Source: Bacteroidales bacterium
GTDB lineage: Bacteria; Bacteroidota; Bacteroidia; Bacteroidales; WCHB1-69
Direction of reading: 5' to 3'
DNA length: 64,000 bases
Assembly: GCA_017650305.1 (NCBI GenBank)
Contig: JAGCFD010000035.1
Coordinates: 92,205-156,204 of the forward strand
Shown here: piece by piece, positions 46,201-53,455 of the stretch
How positions within the stretch are numbered: the first letter of the stretch is position 1
How the letters are laid out: each line of letters starts with the position of its first letter
Translations under genes and position numbers: made by a program
Notes under the pieces: model-generated
Database searches by the model: none
What the model saw: the letters and a program-made list of their open reading frames with translations, nothing else
What the model was told of the DNA's origin: nothing

Positions 46201-49200
46201 TTGACATTGCTGGTGACACTGTTTACTGTCTCAACTCTATCGGTGAGCTGATCGCTTCTGCTACCAGCACTCTCGAGGGCGACACTGTATTCACATATTC
46301 TTGGTACTCTGTATGTACTGGCACAACGCCTGGTCCTGTTCAACCTATCTACACTGGACACACTGGCATGTGTACCTATTACATTACTGTCGTGAGCGAA
46401 CTCACAGGTTGTGTTACTATCGACTCTATCAGAGTTCATGTTGAGCCGAACCCGATCATCACCTTCTTGATTGACAATGTGGCTACCGCTCTCGATGAGA
46501 TTAACATTTGTCACAACGACTTCCCGATTAACCTCGGTGTTGATCCTACCAACCTGACTGATTTCTTGTGGTCTAACCACGAGACTCACTCCAACTTCGA
46601 CATTACATTGCCGAATGGTAACTACTGCTTCTTCACTGTAACGGTTACTGACGTTTACGGTTGTCAGAATGTTGACTCTATCGGTGTCTTCTCTATGCCG
46701 ACCTATGCTTATGCAGTTGAAGATAACATCTGTGTTACCCCTGCCGCTTTCGCCGCTTTGGCCGAGACTGATGCTACCGTTCATAATACACGTCCTACTT
46801 CTCATCCTGCTAAACATTATAGCTGGCTGCAGAAAGAGCAGACTATTTATGGTTGCGACAGTATCATTACACACAATGTGACGATTTCTACAGATCCTAT
46901 TGTTACCTTGAATGCTAATATTACTACTACTTATTGTGCTGGAGATGCTTTCGCAAACTTCACATTCAATGTAGTCGATAACAATAGCCCGATTATCGCT
47001 CTAGGTTGGCAGATCAACGATAATGGTACTTGGACCTTCCTCAATGTTAATAATCCTGTATCCTTCGACATGAACGGCAAACAAGTTCGTGCTTTCGCCA
47101 CTAACGATTGTGGTACCACTTATGCTACTACAACTCTTGTTGTGAATGACATCCCGACTATCGTTGCTCTCGGCGGTCTTTCCACCACTCAATTCTGTGC
47201 TGGTGAGAAGGTTTATACTAAGGTTCCGACTCCTGCTTATACCTGTAACCACACTGAAGGTTGCGATACCGCTTGGGTTTACTCTGCTTCTCAAAATGGT
47301 CCTTGGACTCCGATCGCCAACGATGCTGTAACTGCAGCTATGAACAATGGTTATGTTGCATTCCAAGTTACTAACGGTTGCGGTTCTAACGTTTCTGTTC
47401 CTGTCCAAATTATTGTGGATGTTGTTCCTGCCGGTACTATTGATCCGGTTACCATTTGTAAGGGTACTGAACTCACGACGAATGCTAACTCTCTTAACCT
47501 GACTTGGACTGCTGGCCATACCACTACTGCTGGTCCTTTCACCACTGAAATTATGCCTACCAATGCTCCTACTGCTACTGGTAGCATCTATGTTGCTCTT
47601 ACCAACAAGTGCGGTACTACCAACACCAATACCGTTACGGTTACGGTTAACGACAAGCCTTCTATGGGTCAACTTGCCCAGACTGGTACTTGTGTTGAGA
47701 ACTTCTCTCTTGCTATCCCGACTGTAACCTGGAATGGTAGCACTGGTACTGCTACGCTGCAAATCAGCAATAACGGTACTTCTGGTTGGACCAACACCAC
47801 CGTTGCCGCTCTTGCTAACCTCAGCAACAATGGCAAGTATGTACGTTACTCCGCTACTAACAATTGCGGTACGACTAATTCTAATGTTATCCAATTGTCT
47901 GTTACCGACAATCCTACCGTTACTTTGACAGTTAATGATAACGCTGTTTGCCAAGGTGAGACGGTTACTTTGACGGCTACTCCTAACTGGCATAATGCTA
48001 CCGGTACTATCACTTATAAGATGAGCACCAATGGTACAACTTACACTAACCTCACTTCCAATGTTGTGACTATGAATACTCCGGGAACTATCTACTTCAA
48101 GGCTGTCGCCATGAACGATTGTGCTCCTAATGGAGTTGAATCCAATGTAGTTACCGTTACCGTTGAGGCTACTCCTACTTTGACGCTCTCTACCAACGAG
48201 GTTACTCTTTGTAATAATGAAAATACTCCTTATACTATCGACGTTACTACCAATAAGGTTGTCACGCTCTCTAACAATCCTACCTGGGTTGCCTTGAATG
48301 CTGACAATGATATTGTGATTACTCCGAACACATCCATTGCTTATGGTGATTATACCTTCTCCATTACTACTACCACTACCGATTGTGATGCTCTCACTCA
48401 AACTGTGACTGTTCACATGCGCGCTTTGCCTGTTATCAGCTCTTTCTCTGTGGCTGAAAACTACTACTGCGTTGATGATCACATTGCTGATTATAACTAC
48501 AGCATCACATGGAATGCTACTTCCAATACTTCTACTGCTATTACTGCTCTCCATGGCACTTCTGAAAGTAGTATTACCTTCCCGCACCTCGTTACGTTGG
48601 CCGACACCAACCTGAGACTCAAACTCTCTGCTACCAACGACTGCGGTACGGTGACCAGCATTATCAATGTAAATGTGGTTGCTCCTGTTGCCTTGAATAT
48701 CACGGGTGTTGACACCTGCTCTGGTATGCCTGTCTGCAACTTCGTGGCTGCTCCTTCCTACACCACTTATGGTGCTACCACAGTTTCTGCTGAGGGTTGG
48801 ATCGTAGATGGTACAAAGAGAGCTTCTACTTACCAATTGGCTGCTGGTGATCATACAGTTCAATACTATGTGACCACTCAATGTGGTGACAATGTTTCCA
48901 ACTCTGTCAATGTACACGCTTTTGCCGAGCCTACTATTACCACTACAGCTACCTTCGTAATTTGTGATGGTGATCAGTTGACTAAACCGACTGCTCCTCA
49001 ATTGACTTATGATCTTGATGGTGCTACCCTCGTTTCCGAGACTTGGACTATCACTCCTGTTAACGGTACTCCTGAGACTATCGATTGGAACAAGAACTAT
49101 GATGTGACTTATAATAATGCAACCATTACCTACACTGTAACTACTGGTTGTACCTCCACATCTAATACTTGGCCTCTTACAGTACATGAGCTTCCTGTTC

Positions 49201-50456
49201 CTGTGATTCTCCAAGACACTATTATTTGTCACGATGGTTCTACCACTTTGAGCCTCTCTGAGTCTTACGTTACTTATCAATGGTATCAAGATGGTACTGC
49301 AATCTCTGGTGCTACCAATGCTACTTACACTGTTGATGCTTCTACGCTCGCAGCTGAGGATGCATTCTACGCATACACTGTTGTTGTTACCGATGCTAAT
49401 GGTTGTACTTCCAGTACTTCAACCAATGGTTCATTCCAGGCTCTTGATCCTAATGCTGTGATGATTCAAGTGACCAATGCTCCGAGATTCATCTTCAAGT
49501 ACAACGGCAACGAGACTCATTACATCAATGGTATCAACACCATTGATCCTTCTGATCCTACTACTTTGAACAACAACCTCGTATTCACTTGGGAAGTTGA
49601 GAATCCTTGTTACAATGATGACACGTTGGTTTATGTCACCTTCGACATCTATCACAATGACACATTGATTGACAACAACACTATTGGTAATTACTTGACC
49701 AACACTAATATTCCTGGTTCTTATACTGAATTCTGGAATACTTCTATCGCATTCCCGTTTGAGTATGGTGGAGCTGCTAATCACACTACTGTAAATACTC
49801 TCACTCGTTACAACAAAGCTTCGGCTAATGCTACTGGATCTTATCAAAACCACTTCCCGTACTCTACGTTCTTCGCTGGTGGTTCTTCCTTTGATGATGT
49901 TTATCTGCACTTCCTCGCTAACAACGTTTACACTCAGACTGTACGTCCGTTCAGAATCCCGGGTGAGTACAAGATCATCTACACCATCTACTCTACCAGC
50001 AATACTGACGCTTATGCTTATCCTTACTTCAATGGTACGGAAGACAAGATTATCGGCGGTTATAACTCTTTGGTTTCTTCGGCTATCAAGAGCATGCTTG
50101 CTATGGACTCTATCATGATCACCGTTGACGGTCAAGCTGTTTCTGTGGCCATGACTCCGGAAGCTCCTACGGCTGCTCCTATGACTCCGATCTATAACGA
50201 TCAACCTACCTTGAAGATCTACCCGAACCCGACTTCCAATGAGGTTAATGCTGAAATCGTTGGCTTGACTGGTGAGACCACCATCCAAATTGTCAACCTG
50301 ACTGGTTCAGTACTTGCTTCTGAAAAGGTTAACATCCCTGCTACTGCTACTTACACTTATCGTAGCTCTGCAGCTAACCTGGCTCCTGGCATCTACTTCA
50401 TGTACATCATCAATGATAATGCCACATTGTCTAAGAAGTTGGTTGTTAAACGCTAA
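40272..50456 (+). CDS. Giant (3,394 aa) T9SS-secreted cell-surface repeat protein / putative adhesin
   Basis: Single uninterrupted 10,185-nt ORF with an ATG start. Signal peptide MKKLLSICFLSILLAFLSFTAQAQ. HYR/Ig-like units carry ...TDACGN..., ...ITDRCGN... signatures. It also has a SprB-type repeat array, a second Ig-like array and a T9SS CTD. It has its own promoter box and terminator. Confidence 0.9.
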   Translation: MKKLLSICFLSILLAFLSFTAQAQTTQSCCFWLENLQPQTLHDIANVPGGGAAHLPGTGGDVVLNNTMNPVLHGIDTVTGQCQQTDYYRIRFANTCNLPAGTKVSIEWKLYRDGELVNGNLSDYADFRIYTRYQRLHNNPDPLTAGQAGCATIPWLGGRVAEHLGGCFETNNHVTGLDYSVAGYPGSFQVEPLPYDFANTSFGANGSIFIANEMALDYFNLNFFESTDHVIVICWKQVGNYSLVVGLRERLFGTDWPTLYWTDENDNPMGSIGGHESHCGALLAQDSIHYLVETTYDKAVCDGQTWDFGSPTATFSVENPYLVIFGDSVCGHFRVDSLVHLNFYTRINPDIVANDFDICVGLPLPASEVASHTPAVNTDAPGIIDYAIWWSQDGNTWDTITPSYNAVQVGTYTWYVKQINHYDAVTPDDFYCEGAIDTLTITVKPLYAPVIATHESEWCYNDLPAALNLKASYDPNEECATGIVWSYNGVSLDTVASGENISLILAEYFPTNINKTVNLIAYTTNGYANSPEVTVTLTVHASPVPTGTVADATYTLCPSTTQNLTTDFTDSNVGQTHSTATYVWTLNGQVIPGANASSYMGTTPATCTGSNVYVVTATFTSDAGCAETISRKYTLTVQSEGVITVTPKTTTKTEFTISGCDTTVAEFVNGRRTLADLMSLLNVTYPCSAPVSVTYNATIVSSSLCQTVVTRSYILNDACDNHSNAFVETWTINNDYRPVISGTSSMNFVRIQDCKYEVPAQQVLVDSFLLHNTVTFQCNGGSVTSYAFYLDAAATVSAPGHLIFENPTTMVHNIYAVVTDACGNKSVPTLVFTIQRPAPMTIDGGILALPPDICLHDTVFLSFDVAHILNATPLVNANNEEYYILEWTANPNDGSIIFHTSPNALGVPASPNTDYVYTMTATDFYGCKASISANPVHVHGLPTVEVEEIILNGSTFPLCPNYGNLTIHSITTPGNGGTIVSHTWSGESVNLPVEVNMDTTFVAILPDSCNKTYTAFLTVANNDGCLASTSYSFDVVDTTAPVVNGVPTELILDPTTNCKLQVPNLKLLFNSNNLTDNCYGFGNLTINQSIAAGSMVDGGTDVTMTITDRCGNATTHVITLNSSAPLAVSITADKMEICQGESVNLTTTVENEIIPVIYTWNTGSHNANVTVNPTETAHIYTVSVTDAIGCTAKANIDILVHHTPVAADATLHQTPNTYCQNADGIYDGTISITANHADISAYRMNGEYEWKDLTYVYTGLQEGTYYFDLLTAYDCETDNVISITVGRDTNVVVPVTTTTPNAWCVAPFDGSITITNPQVGYTYEIINLPNSDVTYVSGDMIYDNLEYGHYSIHVTTDKYCQYVKEDIIVDSTRVYPVVIATTTPKTRCDEPDGTITVTNPVAGYTYTIGQTTYTGAPAVFTGLNSGSYTLTAVTDFGCTKNFYINVTSTTEDPTEPVTTIANNTVCDLYITPNGTITVNAPIAGYSYTLNNETVVSDGTPIVFDELGEHGADAIYTLTVLSNLGCSSNFDLTVPNVPIYPTFGTNEITVTHNTNCDGTTPNGAISIAQVAGYTYVVYQMVDIAGVSTPVLMTSTDNLPAGFYKIVKIENATGCQKETTVEIKFNKPVYTWDITSTKDQNCDPTEGNGTITINGVTTNYIFTLLNASNDIVAVNPTGAFTNLNGVATYTVNAYNTVTSCSYTKNVTITTNFVYPTLTANGTANHNCKDEKDGTITVTNAGAAVMPITYILVSGGVALDTNTTGVFNAVDSGAYTINAISAMNCASTINYNVVDSAFLPTLVMHATPNTMCAPTFEKPGNGTIVVTAPMDTNYVYYFENASAPNVLDTVGYFTPDSYVMYWLMTDHYTVHVFDPQTGCALDGDIDVPHADVTVNFTPEITANVNCEAPYTGVIILNATSENPDADFVYSIDGVNYGSNNMFQQLATGTYTIYVKDLDLGCSYTATNIVVPNNNIYKPIIDIAGDTVYCLNSIGELIASATSTLEGDTVFTYSWYSVCTGTTPGPVQPIYTGHTGMCTYYITVVSELTGCVTIDSIRVHVEPNPIITFLIDNVATALDEINICHNDFPINLGVDPTNLTDFLWSNHETHSNFDITLPNGNYCFFTVTVTDVYGCQNVDSIGVFSMPTYAYAVEDNICVTPAAFAALAETDATVHNTRPTSHPAKHYSWLQKEQTIYGCDSIITHNVTISTDPIVTLNANITTTYCAGDAFANFTFNVVDNNSPIIALGWQINDNGTWTFLNVNNPVSFDMNGKQVRAFATNDCGTTYATTTLVVNDIPTIVALGGLSTTQFCAGEKVYTKVPTPAYTCNHTEGCDTAWVYSASQNGPWTPIANDAVTAAMNNGYVAFQVTNGCGSNVSVPVQIIVDVVPAGTIDPVTICKGTELTTNANSLNLTWTAGHTTTAGPFTTEIMPTNAPTATGSIYVALTNKCGTTNTNTVTVTVNDKPSMGQLAQTGTCVENFSLAIPTVTWNGSTGTATLQISNNGTSGWTNTTVAALANLSNNGKYVRYSATNNCGTTNSNVIQLSVTDNPTVTLTVNDNAVCQGETVTLTATPNWHNATGTITYKMSTNGTTYTNLTSNVVTMNTPGTIYFKAVAMNDCAPNGVESNVVTVTVEATPTLTLSTNEVTLCNNENTPYTIDVTTNKVVTLSNNPTWVALNADNDIVITPNTSIAYGDYTFSITTTTTDCDALTQTVTVHMRALPVISSFSVAENYYCVDDHIADYNYSITWNATSNTSTAITALHGTSESSITFPHLVTLADTNLRLKLSATNDCGTVTSIINVNVVAPVALNITGVDTCSGMPVCNFVAAPSYTTYGATTVSAEGWIVDGTKRASTYQLAAGDHTVQYYVTTQCGDNVSNSVNVHAFAEPTITTTATFVICDGDQLTKPTAPQLTYDLDGATLVSETWTITPVNGTPETIDWNKNYDVTYNNATITYTVTTGCTSTSNTWPLTVHELPVPVILQDTIICHDGSTTLSLSESYVTYQWYQDGTAISGATNATYTVDASTLAAEDAFYAYTVVVTDANGCTSSTSTNGSFQALDPNAVMIQVTNAPRFIFKYNGNETHYINGINTIDPSDPTTLNNNLVFTWEVENPCYNDDTLVYVTFDIYHNDTLIDNNTIGNYLTNTNIPGSYTEFWNTSIAFPFEYGGAANHTTVNTLTRYNKASANATGSYQNHFPYSTFFAGGSSFDDVYLHFLANNVYTQTVRPFRIPGEYKIIYTIYSTSNTDAYAYPYFNGTEDKIIGGYNSLVSSAIKSMLAMDSIMITVDGQAVSVAMTPEAPTAAPMTPIYNDQPTLKIYPNPTSNEVNAEIVGLTGETTIQIVNLTGSVLASEKVNIPATATYTYRSSAANLAPGIYFMYIINDNATLSKKLVVKR
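43900..46180 (+). repeat. Array of nine SprB-type repeats (78-94 aa each) within the giant gene
   Basis: Units start at conserved Cys codons at 43926, 44181, 44433, 44667, 44934, 45189, 45444, 45696 and 45978. Pattern: C-x(2-9)-(D/N)G-(T/S/A)-I-(T/S)-(V/I)-(T/N)...Y-x-(Y/F)...L-x-x-G-x-Y...C. Example: CDEPDGTITVTNPVAGYTYTIGQTTYTGAPAVFTGLNSGSYTLTAVTDFGCTKNFYINV. Confidence 0.7.
46881..49440 (+). repeat. Array of about ten Ig-like units (about 85-90 aa), each ending in a (T/S)(T/N)x-C-G-x-x-x-S-x-x-V signature
   Basis: Unit ends: ...FATNDCGTTYATTTLVVNDIPT, ...VTNGCGSNVSVPVQIIV, ...LTNKCGTTNTNTVTVTVNDKPS, ...SATNNCGTTNSNVIQLSVTDNPT, ...AMNDCAPNGVESNVVTVTVE, ...TTTDCDALTQTVTVHM, ...SATNDCGTVTSIINVNVV, ...VTTQCGDNVSNSVNVHAF, ...VTTGCTSTSNTWPLTVHE, ...VTDANGCTSSTST. 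Confidence 0.65.
50211..50453 (+). other. T9SS type-A C-terminal sorting domain of the giant protein
   Basis: The last 81 aa read LKIYPNPTSNEVNAEIVGLTGETTIQIVNLTGSVLASEKVNIPATATYTYRSSAANLAPGIYFMYIINDNATLSKKLVVKR. Confidence 0.8.
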
Positions 50457-50478
50457 TTATTAACCACTAAATACGTAA

Positions 50479-50508
50479 GGGAGTTGTGACCTCGCAACTC
50501 CCTTTTTT
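50479..50508 (+). terminator. Rho-independent terminator of the giant gene
   Basis: 8-bp GC-rich stem GGGAGTTG / CAACTCCC with loop TGACCTCG, followed by T6. It starts 23 nt after the stop and ends 6 nt before the next ATG. Confidence 0.8.
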
Positions 50509-50514
50509 ATTGTT

Positions 50515-52311
50515 ATGAAGAAATACAACAATCTGTTTGACCGCTTCGTTAAACCCTATTCAGGGCGGATGATTGTTGTATTTCTTTTTAATCTGCTTTC
50601 GGTGGTGGCCTCAATACTCGTCTTTATGATGATTGAGCCTTTTACCAAGTTGCTTTTTCAAGGCTCTTTGGATGAGTTGAGCCCACTCTCCACTTTTGTT
50701 GTTGAACATCTCTCGTTACTTTTTTCTTTTGAACAGAGCACTCATTCCATTTTAGTGCTGGTCCTCTTTGTCTTGTTGCTCTATCTTTTCAAGAGTCTTT
50801 TTTCTTATTTGTCGCAGTGGGTGATGGCGCATGTTCGCAGTCATGTCATTGCCACTATGCGAAGCGAGTTATATAGTAAGATTATACGCCTTTCAGTGGG
50901 CAACATGACTATGCAGCGGAGAGGCGATATTGTTTCACGAGCTGTCAGCGATACCCAAGAGGTCGAGTTTACAATTCTGACTGCCATTCGTCAGTTTCTT
51001 ACTGAGCCCATCGCTGTGCTTCTTTATCTGTTTATCTTATTTTATATCTCCACTCCGCTCTCTTTGATTTCCCTTGTCCTTCTGCCCTTGTCTTTTTTTG
51101 TTATTTCCGCCGCCACCTCCCCATTGCGCAAGAATGCTAGGACATCCAAACAGCGTTTGGGTTCTTTAATTTCTTTTGTGGAGGAAACTATCGGTGGGCT
51201 CCGTGTCGTCAAGGGTTTGAATGCCTTTTCCCTGGCAGATCAAAGGTTCAGAGATTTGAATTCACAGTTTACCAAGACCCAGAAAAAGATATATCGACAA
51301 GTTGACTTGGCATCTCCTCTTAGTGAGTTTTTGAGCATGATTGCTGTCATGACTGTTCTCGTGATAGGTGGAGTCATGGCCTTGAATCCGGAGTCTGCCT
51401 TGACAGCTCCGCTTTTCATCACTTATATTGCTCTTGTCTCCCAGTTAGTCTCACCTGTTAAAAATATATCCACTGCGTTGGCCAGTTATAAGCGGGGACT
51501 TTCCGCTTTAGATCGTGTCAATGAAATTCTTGAGACGGACGAGATGGTTCACGAACGTCCAGGGGCAATTAAGGTTGCCACTTTTAATCATTCTCTCCAA
51601 CTTAGAGATGTCTCTTTCCGATATGAAGACAAACAGGTGCTCAATCATCTGGATTTTGAGTTGCCGAAAGGAAAGTTTGTTGCGTTGGTTGGCGAGTCCG
51701 GTTCTGGCAAAACCACGTTGGCGGATCTTTTGATGCGTTTCTATGACCCGACTGAAGGTCAAGTTCTCCTTGATGGTCGGGATGTTCGCGACTACACACT
51801 CGCATCCTACCATTCTCTTTTCGGTTTTGTCTCCCAGGATGTCGTTCTTTTCAATGACACACTCTATAATAATATTGTCATGGGCATGGAGGGAGTCACG
51901 GAAATTCAGGTTGAGGAGGCTTTGCGTGTTGCAGGCATTTGGGATTATGTTCAGGCGCTCCCGGAAGGCCTTCAGTATGCATTGACCGATAGAGGTTTGA
52001 ATCTGTCTGGAGGCCAGCGTCAGCGTATCAGCATTACGAGAGCTGTTTTGCGAGGTGCTCCTATTTTGGTTCTTGACGAAGCCACTTCAGCCATGGATAC
52101 ACATTCCGAAAATGCCTTCATGCGTTCTGTTGATGCTTTGAAGGGTCATCATACGATGTTGGTAATTGCGCACCGCCTTTCCACCATCCGCGAGGCGGAT
52201 TTGATTTATGTGATGGACAATGGTCGTTTCGTGCAGACCGGCACGCACGACACTTTGAAAAACGTTGAAGGAAGATATAAGACTTTATTGACAATTAACG
52301 AACTAAGATAA
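50515..52311 (+). CDS. ABC transporter permease/ATP-binding fusion protein (MsbA-like exporter)
   Basis: 598 aa. Six-TM N-terminal half, Walker A GESGSGKTT, signature LSGGQRQRISI, Walker B ILVLDEATSAMD. Confidence 0.9.
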   Translation: MKKYNNLFDRFVKPYSGRMIVVFLFNLLSVVASILVFMMIEPFTKLLFQGSLDELSPLSTFVVEHLSLLFSFEQSTHSILVLVLFVLLLYLFKSLFSYLSQWVMAHVRSHVIATMRSELYSKIIRLSVGNMTMQRRGDIVSRAVSDTQEVEFTILTAIRQFLTEPIAVLLYLFILFYISTPLSLISLVLLPLSFFVISAATSPLRKNARTSKQRLGSLISFVEETIGGLRVVKGLNAFSLADQRFRDLNSQFTKTQKKIYRQVDLASPLSEFLSMIAVMTVLVIGGVMALNPESALTAPLFITYIALVSQLVSPVKNISTALASYKRGLSALDRVNEILETDEMVHERPGAIKVATFNHSLQLRDVSFRYEDKQVLNHLDFELPKGKFVALVGESGSGKTTLADLLMRFYDPTEGQVLLDGRDVRDYTLASYHSLFGFVSQDVVLFNDTLYNNIVMGMEGVTEIQVEEALRVAGIWDYVQALPEGLQYALTDRGLNLSGGQRQRISITRAVLRGAPILVLDEATSAMDTHSENAFMRSVDALKGHHTMLVIAHRLSTIREADLIYVMDNGRFVQTGTHDTLKNVEGRYKTLLTINELR

Positions 52312-52973
52312 TGGCAAAACATAAACTGGCAAGGTTTGCAGAGAACAAGACCTTCGGAAACCTTTTCCAACATACAGATTACGACCGCGAGAACCCCAAT
52401 TTTCCGTTAAAGGGCAAATGGGACAGTGACTATTTCCATAACGACCATCCCATTGTGCTGGAGTTGGGTTGTGGCAAAGGTGACTATACCATCGCTTTGG
52501 CCAAGCTGCATCCGGAGATTAACTATATCGGTGTTGATCGGAAGGGCGCTCGTCTGTGGCGTGGTTGCAAAGATGCGATTGAAGGAGGGATGACCAACGT
52601 GGCCTTTTTGCGCATCACCATTGACAAGTTGTCTGACTATTTTGCGCCTGGTGAAGTCGATGAGATCTGGGTTACCTTTCCCGACCCGCAGGTTAAGCAC
52701 GAGCGCAAGCGTTTGGTGTCGCCGCGCTTCGTAGGTTACTATAAAGCTATCATGAAAGAGGGTGGGGGAGTCATCCATCTCAAGACCGACAGTAGGGAGT
52801 TGTACAGTTATGTGAAGGAGAGTGCGTCGGGCTATGGTTGGAAGATTTTAGAAGATGTGGAGAATGTATATGCCCAGCCCTGCGACCCTATTTTGACGGA
52901 AGTGCAGACATTCTATGAGAAGATGTGGTTGTCGGAGGGGCGCACCATTTCGTACCTTGAAATAGAGGTTTGA
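52311..52973 (+). CDS. trmB: tRNA (guanine46-N7)-methyltransferase
   Basis: 220 aa. SAM motif ...VLELGCGKGDYT... and ...FPDPQVKHERKR.... TAATG overlap with the upstream gene. Confidence 0.9.
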   Translation: MAKHKLARFAENKTFGNLFQHTDYDRENPNFPLKGKWDSDYFHNDHPIVLELGCGKGDYTIALAKLHPEINYIGVDRKGARLWRGCKDAIEGGMTNVAFLRITIDKLSDYFAPGEVDEIWVTFPDPQVKHERKRLVSPRFVGYYKAIMKEGGGVIHLKTDSRELYSYVKESASGYGWKILEDVENVYAQPCDPILTEVQTFYEKMWLSEGRTISYLEIEV

Positions 52974-53035
52974 GGAGGGGTGAAAATACCCTGAAAAAAA
53001 ATTTCAAATAATATTTTGTGGAATAAAAAAAATAC

Positions 53036-53043
53036 TATATTTG
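53036..53043 (+). promoter_or_regulatory. -7 promoter box (TATATTTG), candidate promoter of the secE-nusG-ribosomal protein cluster
   Basis: TATATTTG with a TTTG 17 nt upstream (53015-53018). It lies 184 nt upstream of the secE ATG. Confidence 0.35.
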
Positions 53044-53226
53044 CCAGCTAATTGCAGAAAAGGCAAATGGTGTAAGACATTGTGTGGACAAAGTTCTGTA
53101 ATAAGTTGAATGACTGACAGTTGTTGGGTTGACTTTTGAACAATTGCATGTTTGTTTTGCTTGTTGAAAATGTCATTTTTTGAGTTCGAATTATCTAAAA
53201 TATTGAAATAATAAAAATACAGAGAG

Positions 53227-53415
53227 ATGAAAATAGTGAATTATTTTAAGGAAATGTATGATGAATTGGTTCACAAGACAACGTGGCCGACCATGCAGGA
53301 GCTTGGAAATAGTGTGATTGTGGTATCCATTGCTTCCCTTATAATCGCGTTAATCGTGTTTTTGATGGATTTCATTTTCAATGTGGGCATGAATCTCATG
53401 TTCCCTGCTATTTAA
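53227..53415 (+). CDS. secE: Preprotein translocase subunit SecE
   Basis: 62 aa. ...FKEMYDELVHKTTWPTMQEL... followed by a single TM segment. Conserved position before nusG. Confidence 0.9.
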   Translation: MKIVNYFKEMYDELVHKTTWPTMQELGNSVIVVSIASLIIALIVFLMDFIFNVGMNLMFPAI

Positions 53416-53455
53416 TTTCTTTGTAGTCGGTAATATATCCAAAAATAACTGAGTT

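Noticed and set aside
43656-46874. A 1072-aa reverse-strand ORF inside the giant gene, together with its siblings 47001-49289 (762 aa), 42378-43454, 41283-42185, 49431-50288, 40809-41267 and 40353-40790.
   Set aside because: All are in the codon-aligned mirror frame of the sense gene. They begin at non-conserved or alternative starts. Their Ser/Arg/Asn/Val/Ile-rich sequences have no motifs, signals, promoter boxes or terminators. They are explained by the sense gene avoiding TTA/CTA/TCA codons.
52974-53226. An expected tRNA (for example tRNA-Trp) upstream of secE. The string GAGTTCGAATTA at about 53190 resembles a T-loop.
   Set aside because: No acceptor, D or anticodon stems can be formed around it. 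The only convincing tRNA in the window is tRNA-Gln at 5663-5733.
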